A stretch of DNA of 64,000 nt, taken from Acidobacteriota bacterium (GTDB lineage: Bacteria; Acidobacteriota; CAIWXX01). Positions 16,003 to 28,700 of the stretch are shown here, piece by piece (the stretch's first letter is position 1; every line of letters begins with the position of its first letter). The DNA is taken from assembly GCA_040755995.1 (NCBI GenBank), contig JBFMAF010000032.1:193306-257305 (forward strand), read 5' to 3'. Below the pieces are notes generated by a model. The model saw nothing but the letters and a program-made list of their open reading frames with translations, was not told the DNA's origin and did not search any database. The position numbers and the translations under genes are program-made.

Positions 16003-19000
16003 ATGAGACGTCCGCTCATTCATGCCGCTTTTCTCGCAGTCTTCATCGCGTGCCTCGCCGGCGGCGCCTATGCAGCCGACGAGGTCCTTTGCTATACGGA
16101 GCGCATCACGGGCGTTCCGTCATTCGACATCTACACGGGCAGGCACGATCCCAACAATCCCATCCTGTGGACCCACACCGTTCCGCCGGGGATTCTCGAC
16201 TCGGTCGTGCGGGTCGGCCTGTTCATCGAGGCCTATGACGTGGACTACCCGGCAAACGACGAGCACGACAGGGTCTACTGGAACGGGCACGATCTCGGAC
16301 TGCTGGAGGGGCTCAACAACCAGTGGGGAACGGTCGAGAAGACGGTGCCTCCGGAGTTCATTATCGAGGGCGTCAACCAGCTGAAGGTGGACGTCGACGA
16401 GCTTGACCACGGGTGGAAAGTCACGATCCGGGCGAGCGAGATCCGGTTCTACTGCTCGACGGCCACACCCGACTTCTCCATCGGTGCGCTCCCCGAATCC
16501 CGCACGGTGACCGCAGGCGACTCGACCGAATACACCGTCTCGCTCACTGCATTGAATCGATTCAACTCCCCGGTCACGCTGGCGGTCTCCGGGCTCCCGA
16601 ACGGGGCCACCGCGGAGTTCGCTCCAAATCCTGTCACTCCCACGGCGGAGTCCACCCTCACGGTGAAGACATCGGAGCAGACTCCTTCGGGCGAGTACAA
16701 GCTGACGATAACCGGCACGAGTGGTGACCTGTCACATTCGACCGATGTCACGCTGATCGTCCGGCCGGCACCGGATTTCACGCTTACCGCAGAGCCCGAA
16801 AGCCAGACGGCGCCGCAAGGGACGACCGTGCAGTACGACGTCGTGATCGAGGCGCTCAACGGTTTCGAGTCATCCGTCGATCTCTCGGTCACCGGTCTGC
16901 CGCCCGGCGCGAATGCCGACTTCGCCGAAGCCCCGATAACACCGCCTGCCACGACGAAGCTCGAGGTCACGACCTCCACTGAGACGCCGGTCGGTGTCTA
17001 CACACTCTCGATCGCGGGCAAGGGAGGCGGCAAGACACACACCGCCGAAGTGACGCTCGAGGTGACCCCCGAGCCCGACTTCGAGATATCGGTTTCGCCC
17101 CCGAGCCAGACGATCATGCGGACGGGGACGGCATCGTACACGGTGACCATCGCCCCGATCGGCGGCTTCGCGCTCCCGGTCGACCTCGCAGCCGGCGGCC
17201 TGCCCGCTGGCGCCGCGCTCGCCTTCTCCATCGACCCTGCGACCGCTCCAGGCGAGAGCATCCTCACAATCACGACGGTCGCGGGAACACCGGTCGGAAC
17301 TTTCACGATTACGATCAACGCAGCGGGTGGAAACAAGCAGCACTCTGCGAGCGTGACACTCGTGATCACGGCCGAGCCCGATTTCTCGATGACAGTGACT
17401 CCGGCAAGCCGGGAGTACGTTGCCGGACTGCCCGCGGTCTACGACGTCTCGCTCCTACCTCTCAACGGTTTCGACTCATCGGTCGAGCTTTCGGTGACAG
17501 GATTGCCCGAGGGTGCCGAGTCCGAGCTCACCAGGAAGCGGGTGACGCCGCCCGGCAAGTCGACTCTCAGCGTAGTCGCGGCGGTCCCGCCACTTGCGGG
17601 GACGTACACCTTGACCGTGGTCGGCGTCGGCGGCGGCAAGTCGCACACGGTTCCTATCGAGCTCATCGTCCCAGAAGAAGCCTGTCCAGGCTTCACCGTC
17701 ATGGCTGTCGCCCAGCCCGCGTCAGGCCCGGCGCCGCTGGAGGTGCGATTCAAGGCGGTGATCACCGAGGATGCTCCGTACGCAGGCGAGTATCGCCATG
17801 CATGGGATTTCGGAGACGGGCAGACCTCGACGGATGCGGCGCCGTCGCATTCGTTCAAAGATCCTGGAACATACAACGTGAGGGTGCGCGTCACCAACGT
17901 GTGCGAAGCTGCCGAGGACGCTTCCGTGGTCGTCGACGCCGGCACGTTCCGGGCGACGATCGGCAAGTTGTTCGAGCCGGCAGAGGCACTTCCCGGCGAT
18001 GAGGTCAAGATGAGAATCGACCTCAAGAACGAAGCCGGGATGGTGTTCAGCGATGTGTCGGTCTGGGACGAGCTTTCGCCGCATCTCGAGTACGTGAGCG
18101 ATACGGCGCCGGTGACGCCCGTCTGGAAAGGGAGGAGGATCGAATGGACCTTCCCCGCCATCCAGAAGAAACAGCGAGTCGTCTTCGACGTGACGCTCAG
18201 GGTCTCCGAGAAGGCGCCGGCCGGAAAGATCGTGAACACAGCTTTCATTGACCATGAGAGCCTGCGATCGCCGATAGCATCCAACCGCGCAACGCTCGAT
18301 GTCTCCAGGATCAAGGCCACGATCCGGAAGAGTGTCGACCGGACGGAGGCGAAGCCGGGAGACAGAATCGTCTATCGAATCGTAGTCAAGAACAGATCCA
18401 CGGTCCCGCTGACCGGGGTGCAGGTGGAGGACGAGCTCAGCCCGTACCTCGACTTTCTGTCTCAGAAGAGCGATCTCACATTTTCGCAGTCGGGCGGGAA
18501 GCTTCTCTGGAAAGGGGCGCTCGACGAGGGCAAGGACGCGGCAATCGAGGTCCACGCGACGATCAAGGAGACGACTTCTTCCGGCGTGCAGATCGTGAAC
18601 AAGTCATCGCTCGCAGCCCGGGAGCTCGTCCAGCGCATAGAGTCGAACGCCGTCGCTACGCTCGTGCAGTCCGAGCCCATCCCGGCAACGCAGGTCGTCT
18701 TCCGGAAAGAGGCCGAGATTCCGCAGGCCGACGTCGGGCACATAATCCGGTTCCGGCTGACCGTCGAGAATCGGTCCAGCTCGGTGCTCCTTGCGCCGCG
18801 CGTCGAGGATTCTCTCCCGCAGGGGTTCTCCTATGTTGCCGGATCGAGCCTGCTCAACGACCGGCATTTCGCCGATCCCGACGGCACCAGAACGATCACC
18901 TGGTCGCTGCCCGGCATCGCGCCGCGCCAGACGATGACGCTGCGCTTCGAGATCGTCATCGGCGCCGACGCGCGCCGCGGCAAGAACGTCAACCGCGCGG

Positions 19001-19695
19001 TCCTGCGAACGACCGACACGTCGGGGCAGACGATCGTACTGCAGGCGGAGGACTTCGTGAACGTCTCGGCGTCGAGCTTCACGTTTTACAGCGGGGTCGA
19101 AGGAACGGTCTTCCTCGATCGCGACGAAGACGATCTGCTCACGCCGAGCGACACGCCTCTTGACGGAATCGAGGTGCGGATGTCGAGCGGCCAGCAGAGC
19201 TACACCGACACGGCCGGCCGCTACTCGTTCGAGGGTCTCTTCCCGGGCGACTACGCGGTCGGCGTGAACCGTGCCACGCTTCCCGAGAAGTACACCCTCT
19301 CAGATCCGCTCCCCAGGGTCGTCGTCCTGATGGACGGGCTCACGGAGACAGTCGACTTCCCTGTCCGGTTCTCCGGCGATGATACGGAATCGGCGCGCCT
19401 CGAGGGGCGCGTCTTCTTCGATGTCAATCTGAACCAGGCGTGGGACGACGGCGAGCCGCTTGTGGGCGAGTTCAAGGCCGGCCTGGACGGCACGATAGTT
19501 ACCGGCGGCCGCGACGGCGTCTTCGTCATGACTCATCTCCAGCCGGGACCCCACACGCTGGAGATCTCCTACGAGTCAGGATCAAGGGTGCTGGCGCGGG
19601 AGATCCAGCTGAGCAAGGGCGACAACAAGATCGACATACCGCTGCGGTTCACGGGCATCAAGGTTGTCATCGACACGGACCGGCAGAGGCCTTAG
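16003..19695 (+). CDS. Secreted multidomain surface protein (4 Ig-like repeats, PKD, 3 DUF11, 2 SdrD-B-like domains)
   Basis: AGGAGG Shine-Dalgarno, signal peptide, PDF repeats, WDFGDG PKD motif, K...PGD...Y/DxL DUF11 motifs, GxVFxD C-terminal domains. Confidence 0.85.
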   Translation: MRRPLIHAAFLAVFIACLAGGAYAADEVLCYTERITGVPSFDIYTGRHDPNNPILWTHTVPPGILDSVVRVGLFIEAYDVDYPANDEHDRVYWNGHDLGLLEGLNNQWGTVEKTVPPEFIIEGVNQLKVDVDELDHGWKVTIRASEIRFYCSTATPDFSIGALPESRTVTAGDSTEYTVSLTALNRFNSPVTLAVSGLPNGATAEFAPNPVTPTAESTLTVKTSEQTPSGEYKLTITGTSGDLSHSTDVTLIVRPAPDFTLTAEPESQTAPQGTTVQYDVVIEALNGFESSVDLSVTGLPPGANADFAEAPITPPATTKLEVTTSTETPVGVYTLSIAGKGGGKTHTAEVTLEVTPEPDFEISVSPPSQTIMRTGTASYTVTIAPIGGFALPVDLAAGGLPAGAALAFSIDPATAPGESILTITTVAGTPVGTFTITINAAGGNKQHSASVTLVITAEPDFSMTVTPASREYVAGLPAVYDVSLLPLNGFDSSVELSVTGLPEGAESELTRKRVTPPGKSTLSVVAAVPPLAGTYTLTVVGVGGGKSHTVPIELIVPEEACPGFTVMAVAQPASGPAPLEVRFKAVITEDAPYAGEYRHAWDFGDGQTSTDAAPSHSFKDPGTYNVRVRVTNVCEAAEDASVVVDAGTFRATIGKLFEPAEALPGDEVKMRIDLKNEAGMVFSDVSVWDELSPHLEYVSDTAPVTPVWKGRRIEWTFPAIQKKQRVVFDVTLRVSEKAPAGKIVNTAFIDHESLRSPIASNRATLDVSRIKATIRKSVDRTEAKPGDRIVYRIVVKNRSTVPLTGVQVEDELSPYLDFLSQKSDLTFSQSGGKLLWKGALDEGKDAAIEVHATIKETTSSGVQIVNKSSLAARELVQRIESNAVATLVQSEPIPATQVVFRKEAEIPQADVGHIIRFRLTVENRSSSVLLAPRVEDSLPQGFSYVAGSSLLNDRHFADPDGTRTITWSLPGIAPRQTMTLRFEIVIGADARRGKNVNRAVLRTTDTSGQTIVLQAEDFVNVSASSFTFYSGVEGTVFLDRDEDDLLTPSDTPLDGIEVRMSSGQQSYTDTAGRYSFEGLFPGDYAVGVNRATLPEKYTLSDPLPRVVVLMDGLTETVDFPVRFSGDDTESARLEGRVFFDVNLNQAWDDGEPLVGEFKAGLDGTIVTGGRDGVFVMTHLQPGPHTLEISYESGSRVLAREIQLSKGDNKIDIPLRFTGIKVVIDTDRQRP
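16468..17670 (+). repeat. Four tandem 101-aa Ig-like coding repeats
   Basis: PDF codons at 16468, 16771, 17074 and 17377 (303-bp period). Confidence 0.8.
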
Positions 19696-19764
19696 ACCAT
19701 GCAAGAGAGAGAAAGAATCCGCGTGTTGGTTCCATCCGCTGTCTTTCGGGGAGGGCGTCCGGCG

Positions 19765-22700
19765 ATGATCTCAAGAAAACCCGCACTGATCCTTGCATGC
19801 CTCCTTGGGCTCACCCGCATTCTGCCCGCGCAGGGCGTGAGTGTCGGAGGTGACAGTACGATCAACAAGTGCGAAACCAAGGCGTACTACATCGAGATCC
19901 AGAACAACTCGGGCAATCCGCTCACCAGCATCGTCGTGACTGCCCGCCTTGGGAACCTCACCGGTTTCTCCTACGTGAACGGCACATCCATTCTGCAGAT
20001 CAACGGCGGCCCGGCCTTCTGCACCGTCGATCCGACGCCCTCCGGCACCAACATCGTCTGGGACATCGACACGGACTGCGGAGGCGGCCCCTACACTCTG
20101 AACAACGGCGACAGCCTTCGGGTGACGTTCGGCCTCGCAACCGACTGCACCGCCGTATCGGGCTCGCTCAACTCGCGAATCGACTACGAGATCTCGGGCA
20201 CGCCGATGTTCGACGAGACCGGTGTTCACAGCATACAGGTGCTGCCGGGCGGCGTGACGATCAAGAAGACGCCGAACGTCATTCCTCAGCGAGTCGGCCA
20301 GAACGTCACGTGGACGTTGACCGTCGAGAACTCGGGCCTCGGCATGATCGAAAACGTCGAGGTCACCGACGTGCTCGGCGCCGGCCTGCTCTACGTCTCG
20401 TCCAATCCCGCGGGCGTCAACGCGGCGCAGACGACGATGTGGAGCTCCACCGAGATACCCGGATTCGCATCGATGACGCCCGGGGAGACGATCACAATCG
20501 ACATCACGGCCACGGTCATTGCCTGCGAGAACCTGGACAACACGGCCGACGTGCGTTGGGGCTGCAGCTCCAGCGAGATCTGCTTCGACACCGCCACCGA
20601 CGGCGGAACGGCGACGGCTTCTGTGCAGCGGATCCCGCAGACGCCGAACCTCAGCTTCACACCGCCCGACATCACCTTCACATATTGCGAGAACACCAGC
20701 GCCGACAGCGTTACGATCACCAACGTCGGAGACGGTGTCGCCTACGACGTGCGCCTGTGCGTCGATTTCAGCCCGCTGACGGTCGTCGGCTCCTCGGCTC
20801 CGTACAACATAGGCTGCTTCGAGATCCCGGATATCCCGGCGGGCGGGAGCTACGTCCTGGATTTCACGCTCGGGTACTCGACCTGGTGCGGCGGCGCCAC
20901 GATCGCCAAGACGCTGATCTGGATACCCACCTACGCCGACGAATGCGGTAACGCCTTCTACCCGCCGATTGCGATCAGTTCGGTAAACTCCGTGGCCGAC
21001 CAGCCCAGCCTGTCCGTGACGAAGACCGGCGGGCCCGCCGAGATCCAGATAGGCGCCCAGGTGACATACACCATCACCTCGGCGTACGCGGGCCCGCTGA
21101 GCTGCGGGACCGGCGGCTCGGTCGGTATCGTGACCGTTGTCGACACGGTTCCGAACGGATTCACGGTTGTGGATGCGGGCGGCGGCACGTGGGTGCCCGG
21201 AGGGGGAGGGACCGGCGGGACGATCACATGGACTTACATGCCCCCGGCGTCGCTCTCGACGTCGATCACACTACAGGCGCCGGATGTCACCCAGTGCGAG
21301 ACTTACTGCTTCACGACGTTCACCAACTCCGTCACAGCCACCGTGGTCGACTGCTGCGGCTGCACGCTGAACGCATCGGCCTCACAGACGACGGCCATCG
21401 AGTGCGAGGAGCAGGTCGACTCGAACAAGACGGCCAACCCGGCCACGGTCGAACGCTGCGACGAAGTCCAGTACACCAACACCTACGACTTCTCTGCCGG
21501 GGCGACGATGAATCTGAACACGCTCGTGTTCGAGGAGCATGCCGAGAACCAGCAGGATTACGTCCCGGGTTCGCTGTCGGTCGTCTTCGACGGGAGCGAC
21601 ATCACAGGCTGTGTGAGCATCACCGACGCCACTCCGGGCGGCTACCTGCTGCTGGACTTCTCCGGGTGCGCGGCGAGCGCCGTGGCGGGGCGCAATCTGA
21701 CTATCGTCTACCGGCTCGCCATTACGGAGGCGACGGTGGGAGCGTGCAGCGGGACGAGCTTCTACAGCTGGTCAGGCTTGGACATCGGCACGTCAGGCAA
21801 CCAGTGCCTGCAGGACGGCGTGATCTATGAGACGACGGTTGTCAACGTGGAAGCGCCGGCGATGTCGGTCGCGCTCAGCGGGCTCGACGCGATCATCGAC
21901 AAGTGCAAGACCGAGTCGGTCACGCTCACGCTGAGCCAGACATCCGCTGTCGCCAATCCCCGCGACGTCCGGCTCGTGCTCTCCGGGCTGAACTACTATA
22001 TCGTCAATCCAGCCGCGGTCATTTGCAGCGGCGCGGTCGCTCCCACCTCATGCACTCCAGCCATCGTAGGCGACGACTACGTCTGGTACTTCGCAGACGG
22101 CTTCACGGGCTCGGGACAGTCTGCCACACTCCAGATGGACGTCCAGAAGCGGTGCACGGGCGGCGGCGATCTGACGGCGACAGCCTACTTCGACGACCAG
22201 TGCAACGACGACGCCACCTACGACGACATGTGCTCGGTGTCGGGCACCGATTCGCCGCTGGTCCTGCTGAGCGGAGACCTGCTGATCGAGAAGACCCCCG
22301 AGGTCTACTACGCGGCCACGAACACGATCGTGTGGAAAATCTATCTCACGAACCGCGGGACCGGTGTCGCCTACAACGTCTGGGTGGATGACGTGCTCGG
22401 CTCGGGACTCGATTACGTCAGTGCGGTCGTCGACAACATGACCGGTGTGACGATCACGGCCGACCAGGATCACAATGGGGGCGCGATCAACGGGGCGACG
22501 ATTTCGATCGCCCAGATTACGGCCGGCGCCCGGCGCGAGATCACCTTCACGGCGCTCCTCATCGACTGCGACAACCTCACCAACGACGTCACCTCGTCCT
22601 GGGGCTGCGGCGGCCTGGATTGCCAGACGGCCGTTAGCGACAGCTCCACGGTCGAAATCCCGGCGCCGCTCCTTGTGAACACCAACGTCGTCACGACACC

Positions 22701-25700
22701 CGCCGACTCCTGCTCGAGCCCCAGCGGCATGATCACCGTGAAGAACGCAGGGCAGACCACCACCTACAACGTCCAGCTCACGGAAACCCTCCCGGCGGGG
22801 CTCCTCTACGTATCGGGTACGACCCGTTGGCGGCTCAACGGCGGCGCCTGGAACGGCCCGGATCCCGCATACGACCCCGATCCGACCACCTCGCCTATCC
22901 TGTGGACGCCGGCGGAGATCCCCGGGCTGGCCGAGCTCGACGCCGGCGACACGGTCGAGATCGACTACGACCTGCTGGCATCCTGTCTTTTCACCGGCGG
23001 GAACACCGTGCTCTCCACATCCTACGAGAACCCCTGCGGCCAGGTCTTCACGAACGCGGACAGCGTCTTCACCGTCGCGCTTCGCGCGCCGCAGATCACG
23101 GTCACCAAGACCCGCGTCGACGAGCCGATCGATTGCGGGCAACTGGTCGAATGGACCATCACGGTCCAGAACACCAGCGGCTACACGCTGCCGATCATCT
23201 GGGTTGAAGACACGATGGACGCCGCGTACACATACAGCTCGTCGGTCGGCGACCCGCCGTTCACGTCGGACGACGGCACCTTCGACGGCGTCAACACAGT
23301 GGCGTGGGAGCTGCTGAACGTCAATCACAACGATACGGTCACGCTGATTCTGCGCGCTACATCGGATTCGTCGCCCTGCAGCCCCGACCTGGACAACACC
23401 GTCCTGGCCTGGTGGGGGTGCGGCGCCGCCGACGGATCGTCGGCGACCAAGCCGGGCGCGGATCCGCCTGACGACAACCTCTGCCTCACTTCGACCTCCG
23501 TCAGCGCGGTGCGCACCGAGACGCGCGAGCCCGATCTGGCCGTCCTGAGCGTGCAAATGACTCCTTCCGATATCGACTCCTGCAATGACTCGACAACGGT
23601 GAGGATCGTCATCGAGAACTCCGGGCCGACCGATGCCAGCGACCTCGACCTCGTGACGACACTCCCCGCCGGCCTGTCCTACAACGCCGGCAGCTCTCAG
23701 ACGTGCATCGGCACGGACGACACTTGCGCGCTCGCCCCTGTCCTCGATCCTGCCCCCGCGGGGAGTCAGCTCACATATTACAACTTGGGTGACAAGAGCA
23801 GCGATATCGCGAACGTCCTCCAGGCCGCCGGCGGCAACGACACGCTCGTCCTGGAGCTCGACCTCAGGTCGAACTGCTACACAACGGCCAACATGGGCAT
23901 TCGCCTCTACTACTACGACTGCTGCGGCGATACGCAGTACAACACGAACCTCAACCAGACCATCACCGCCGTGCAGCCATCGCTCACCATCACCAAGACC
24001 CCGCTCACGTCCCAGGTGGACTGCGGCGATCCTCAGACCTGGACCATCACAGTCACTAACACAGGAACCGGGAATGCGCAGGTGATCCGCGTCGAAGATA
24101 CCCCGGGAGACTGGATCGACGTGAACATCGGTGCCTCATCGCCGGGCCTCTACGACATGGGCGGCGGTGTATATGGATGGGAGTTCAACAACCTGGCCGG
24201 CGGCGCCAGCCAGTCGTTCAGTCTCGTCGGAGCCCTCAACCCTGACGGCTTCCCCAACCAGGCCGACTGCGCGGCCGCACTGAGGCAGAATGTGGCGGCC
24301 ACGGTCTGGGGCTGCGGCACCAGCGGTGACGCCACCGACGGCGACCCGAGAACTCAGGGCTACGACTGCACGTACGGGACGGCGACATCGGCCACGGCGA
24401 CGCTGCAGATGCCCGACCTGGTCATGGATTCCATATCGCCGTCGATCTCCTGCACGAGCGACGGGACGTTTTCGGGCAGCATCTCCGTCACGGTCCGCAA
24501 CTCGGGCGACGGCATCGCTTACGGCCCGTTCACGGTCCAGGTCACCGACGGAACCGGCTGGACGGGCACGGGGACGTACGCCGGGAACCTCGGCTCCGGT
24601 TCCTCGGCAAACGTAACGATCGACACCAGCACCTGGAACCCGGACTGCTCCCCCTGCACCTACAACATCACCGCCACTGCCGATAGCGCTGCGGACGTGT
24701 GCGAATGCAACGAAGCCAACAACTCGCTCGGGCCGCAGGCCTACACGCCCTCGGTCCCGGACGTGCAGGTGGACGGCGACACCCTCGCCATGACCTGTGT
24801 AGTCGACGGGCAGTACCGCATCTCGGGCCAGGTGACGCTGCGGAACGCCGGCTGTGCCGGCACTCTGACTCAGAACGTGCCGATGCGGTTCACGTTGCAC
24901 AGTGGCGCCGGCTGCACCGGTGCGCAGGTCGCCCAGTGGACCGAAACCTTCACAGGGGTCAGCATCGCCGCCGGCGCGACTCAGGCCTTCACGATCACTA
25001 ACTACACGATCACCGGCAATGCATGCACGAGCGCCACGGCATGCGAGATGTCCGTCCTTGCCGAGGCGGATTACACGAACGCGATCTGCGAGAGCGACGG
25101 CACGAACAACACGCGGTGCAGCGACAAGACCTTCACCATACCCGACCTGCGTGTGGACAGCGACACGCTGGCCATCTCCTGCTCGGCCGACGGCCAGATC
25201 CGCATCCAGGGCAACCTGGTCATCGCCAACGACGGCTGCGGGGCCAATCTCGTCACCAACATTCCGATCCGCATCCGTGTGTACAACAGCGACGCCGCGT
25301 GCAGTGGAGCCAACGGGGTGATCACGTTCACCCAGGCCGGCGTCAACATCCCGGCGGGCGGAACACAAGCCTTCGCCATCAACAGAACGCTGAACCGCAA
25401 CCTGTGCACCAACTCGACAGGTTGTCAGGTGGCTGTCGGCGTCGAGCTCGACTACACCGACGTCATCTGCGAGTGCACCAACACGAACAACAATTACTGC
25501 TCCCCCAACAAGACGGTCTCCATTCCGGATCTGCAGGTGACCGGCGACACGCTGGCGGTCTCATGTCTGCAGGATGGGCAGGTTCGCGTGTCCGGGGACG
25601 TGACAGTGGCCAACACCGGCTGCAACGCAGCCGTGGCCGGAAACCTGCCCGTCCGGTTCACGCTCTTCTCCAACATTAACTGCGGCGGCGCTCAGCTCGC

Positions 25701-28700
25701 CCAGTGGACCGAGACCTTCGCAGGCGCGAACATCGCAGCCGGTGCCAGCCAGGTGTTCACCATCACCAACCGCGACATCATCACCAACATCTGTGCCAAC
25801 TCGACCGGCTGCCAGGTGTCGCTGCGGATCGAGGCGGATCCGGCGCCGAGCACAATCTGCGAGTGCAACGGCGGGAACAACTCGCGCTGTGCCAACAAGA
25901 ACGTGAGCGTGCCCGACCTGCGGATCACTGCCCTAACGCCGCTCGTCAGCTGCGCCTCCGACGGCAGCCTCAGCGGCACCGTGCAGGTGACGGTCAACAA
26001 CAACGGATGCGGCGCCGCCAACAACGTGCCAGTCCGGCTCGTTTCCGACTGCGGCTACACGTTCACCGACCAGACGGTCGTCGCCCTCGCCGCCGGCGCT
26101 TCCACAACACTGACCTTCGCATTCACACCGGATATCTCGCGCTGCACATGTGCATTCACCGCGACGGCAGATCCTGACAACGTCGTATGCGAGTGCGACG
26201 GTACCGACAACAGCCTGGCCTCCGCGCCCTACACGTCACCAGTCCCCGACCTGACGATCACCGATATCGACTTCAGCGGGATCATATGCGCAAACGACAA
26301 CGTCTCTGGCAGCGTGTCCGTGACGGTGCGCAACGAGGGCTGTGGGACGGCCGGCAACTTCCAGGTCGCCCTCGCGACCGACGGCTGCCTGAGCTTCTCG
26401 AACCAGGTCGTCGGCTCGCTTGCCGCCGGCGCGTCGACTACGCTGACGTTCAACGTGAGCGGGTCGTGGGCCGACTGCGCCGACGGCTCGTGCGACTTCA
26501 CGGCCACGGCCGACTCCACGGGCACCGTGTGCGAATACGACGGCACGAACAACAACCGCACCGAGACTTACTCATTGTCGCTGCCCGACCTGGTCGTAAG
26601 CGATATCGATTTCAGTGGCATCGGCTGCGCCAATGACAACATCTCCGGCAGCGTCTCGGTCACGGTCGAGAACCGGGGGTCCGGCGCGGCCAACAACTTC
26701 CAGGTCGCCCTGGCGACCGACGGCTGCCTGACCTTCACCAACCAGACCGTGGCCGCGCTCGCGGCCGGCGCCTCGACGACGGTCACGTTCAACGTGAGCG
26801 GCTCGTGGCCGGACTGCACGGATTGCAGCTGCGACTTCACGGCCACCGTGGATCCCACTAACGCCGTCTGCGAGTGCGACGGGACGAACAACAGTCGCAC
26901 GGAGACTTACAGCTTCGATCTGCCCGACCTGACGGTGAACAGTGTGACGCCGCAGGCGAGCTGCACCAGTGACGGCAGTCTCAGCGGTACCGTGACCGTC
27001 AACGTCTCCAACATCGGCTGCGGCGCCGCTAACAGCGTAGTCGTGCGGCTGACGTCCGACTGCGGCCACACCTTCAGCGACCAGACGATCAACCTGGCCG
27101 CTGGCGCCGGCACCAACGTGGTCTTCAACTACACGCCGACCGGCACGGCCTGCACGTGCACATTCGCCGCTGCGATCGACCCGGATAACGCGATCTGCGA
27201 GTGCAACGGGACCAACAACTCCGCATCGGCGGCTCCATACACGCACACCACCCCGGATCTGACAGTGACCGACATCGACTTCAGCGGGATCACCTGCGCG
27301 GCCGACAACGTCGCCGGCAGCGTCTCGGTCACGATTGCCAACCAGGGCTGCGGCACCGCCGCCAACTTCGAGGTCTCTCTCGGCACCGACGGCTGCCTGA
27401 CGTTCTCGAATCAGGCCGTGGGTTCGCTGGCGGCCGGCGCGTCGACGACGCTGACCTTCAACGTGAGCGGGTCGTGGGCCGACTGCGCCGATGGCTCGTG
27501 CGACTTCACGGCCACCGTGGATGCGACCGGCGTAGTCTGCGAGCTAGACGGCGGGAACAACGCCCGCACCGAAACGTACTCGTCCACGATGCCTGACCTC
27601 GTGGTCAACGACATCGACTTCAGCGGAATCGCGTGCACCAACGACAGCATCTCCGGCAGCGTCTCCGTTACGATCCAGAATCGCGGCTTCGGCCCTGCGA
27701 ACAATTTCGAAGTCGCGCTAGCGACCGACGGTTGCCTCACGTTCACGAGCCAGACCATCAGCCTGGCGGCGGGCGCCACAACGACGCTCACGTTTCCCGT
27801 GAGCGGCAGCTGGAACGGATGCAGCGATTGCGACTGCGTGTTCACGGCCAGCGTGGATCCCACCAACGTTGTCTGCGAGTGCGACGGAACGAACAACACG
27901 CGCACGGAGACCCACACCTCCAACCTGCCGAACCTCGTAGTCAGCGCCGTTGCCACAAACGTCATCTGTCTTGCGGACGGCTCCGCCACAGGGACCAACG
28001 TCACAGTCGCCAACACCGGCTGCGCCGGCGCGAGCAACGTGGTCGTGCGACTCTTCTCCGATTGCGGCCTCACGTTCGCCGATCGGGTCGTCAACCTGGC
28101 CGCAGGCGAGACGCGGGATGTGATCTTCTTGTTCACACCGGGGATTGTGAGCTGCACGTGCAACTTCACGGCGACAATCGACCCGGACAACACGATCTGC
28201 GAGTGTGACGGCACTGACAACACCCTTTCGGGCGCGGCCGCCATGGAGATTCCGGATATCGAAGTCCAGACCGAGGCGATCACGGTCGCGTGCGCCGGCG
28301 ACGGGCAGTACGAGGTCTCGGGCACGGTCAGCCTGGTCAACAACGGCTGCGGCCCGGCGCTGACCGCGAACATCCCCATCAGAATGACTCTGTTCGGCGG
28401 TAGCGGCTGCACCGGCACGGTCCTCGCGCAGTGGACCGAGACGCTCACATCCGTGAACACGCCGTCGGCGGGTGGAACGCAATCCTTCACGATCACACCT
28501 AGCGTCTTCTCTGGCGATTTCTGCGCGGGCTCGTCCAACTGCGGCGTGTCGCTCCTGATCGAGGCTGACTACAACGAGAGCATCTGCGAGTGGGACGGCA
28601 CCGACAATACGCTCTGTGTCGAGAAGACTATCTCGGTGCCTGACGTAGCGTTGACGAGCCTCGTGCCGTCGATCGCTTGCAACACCGACGGTGACGTGAG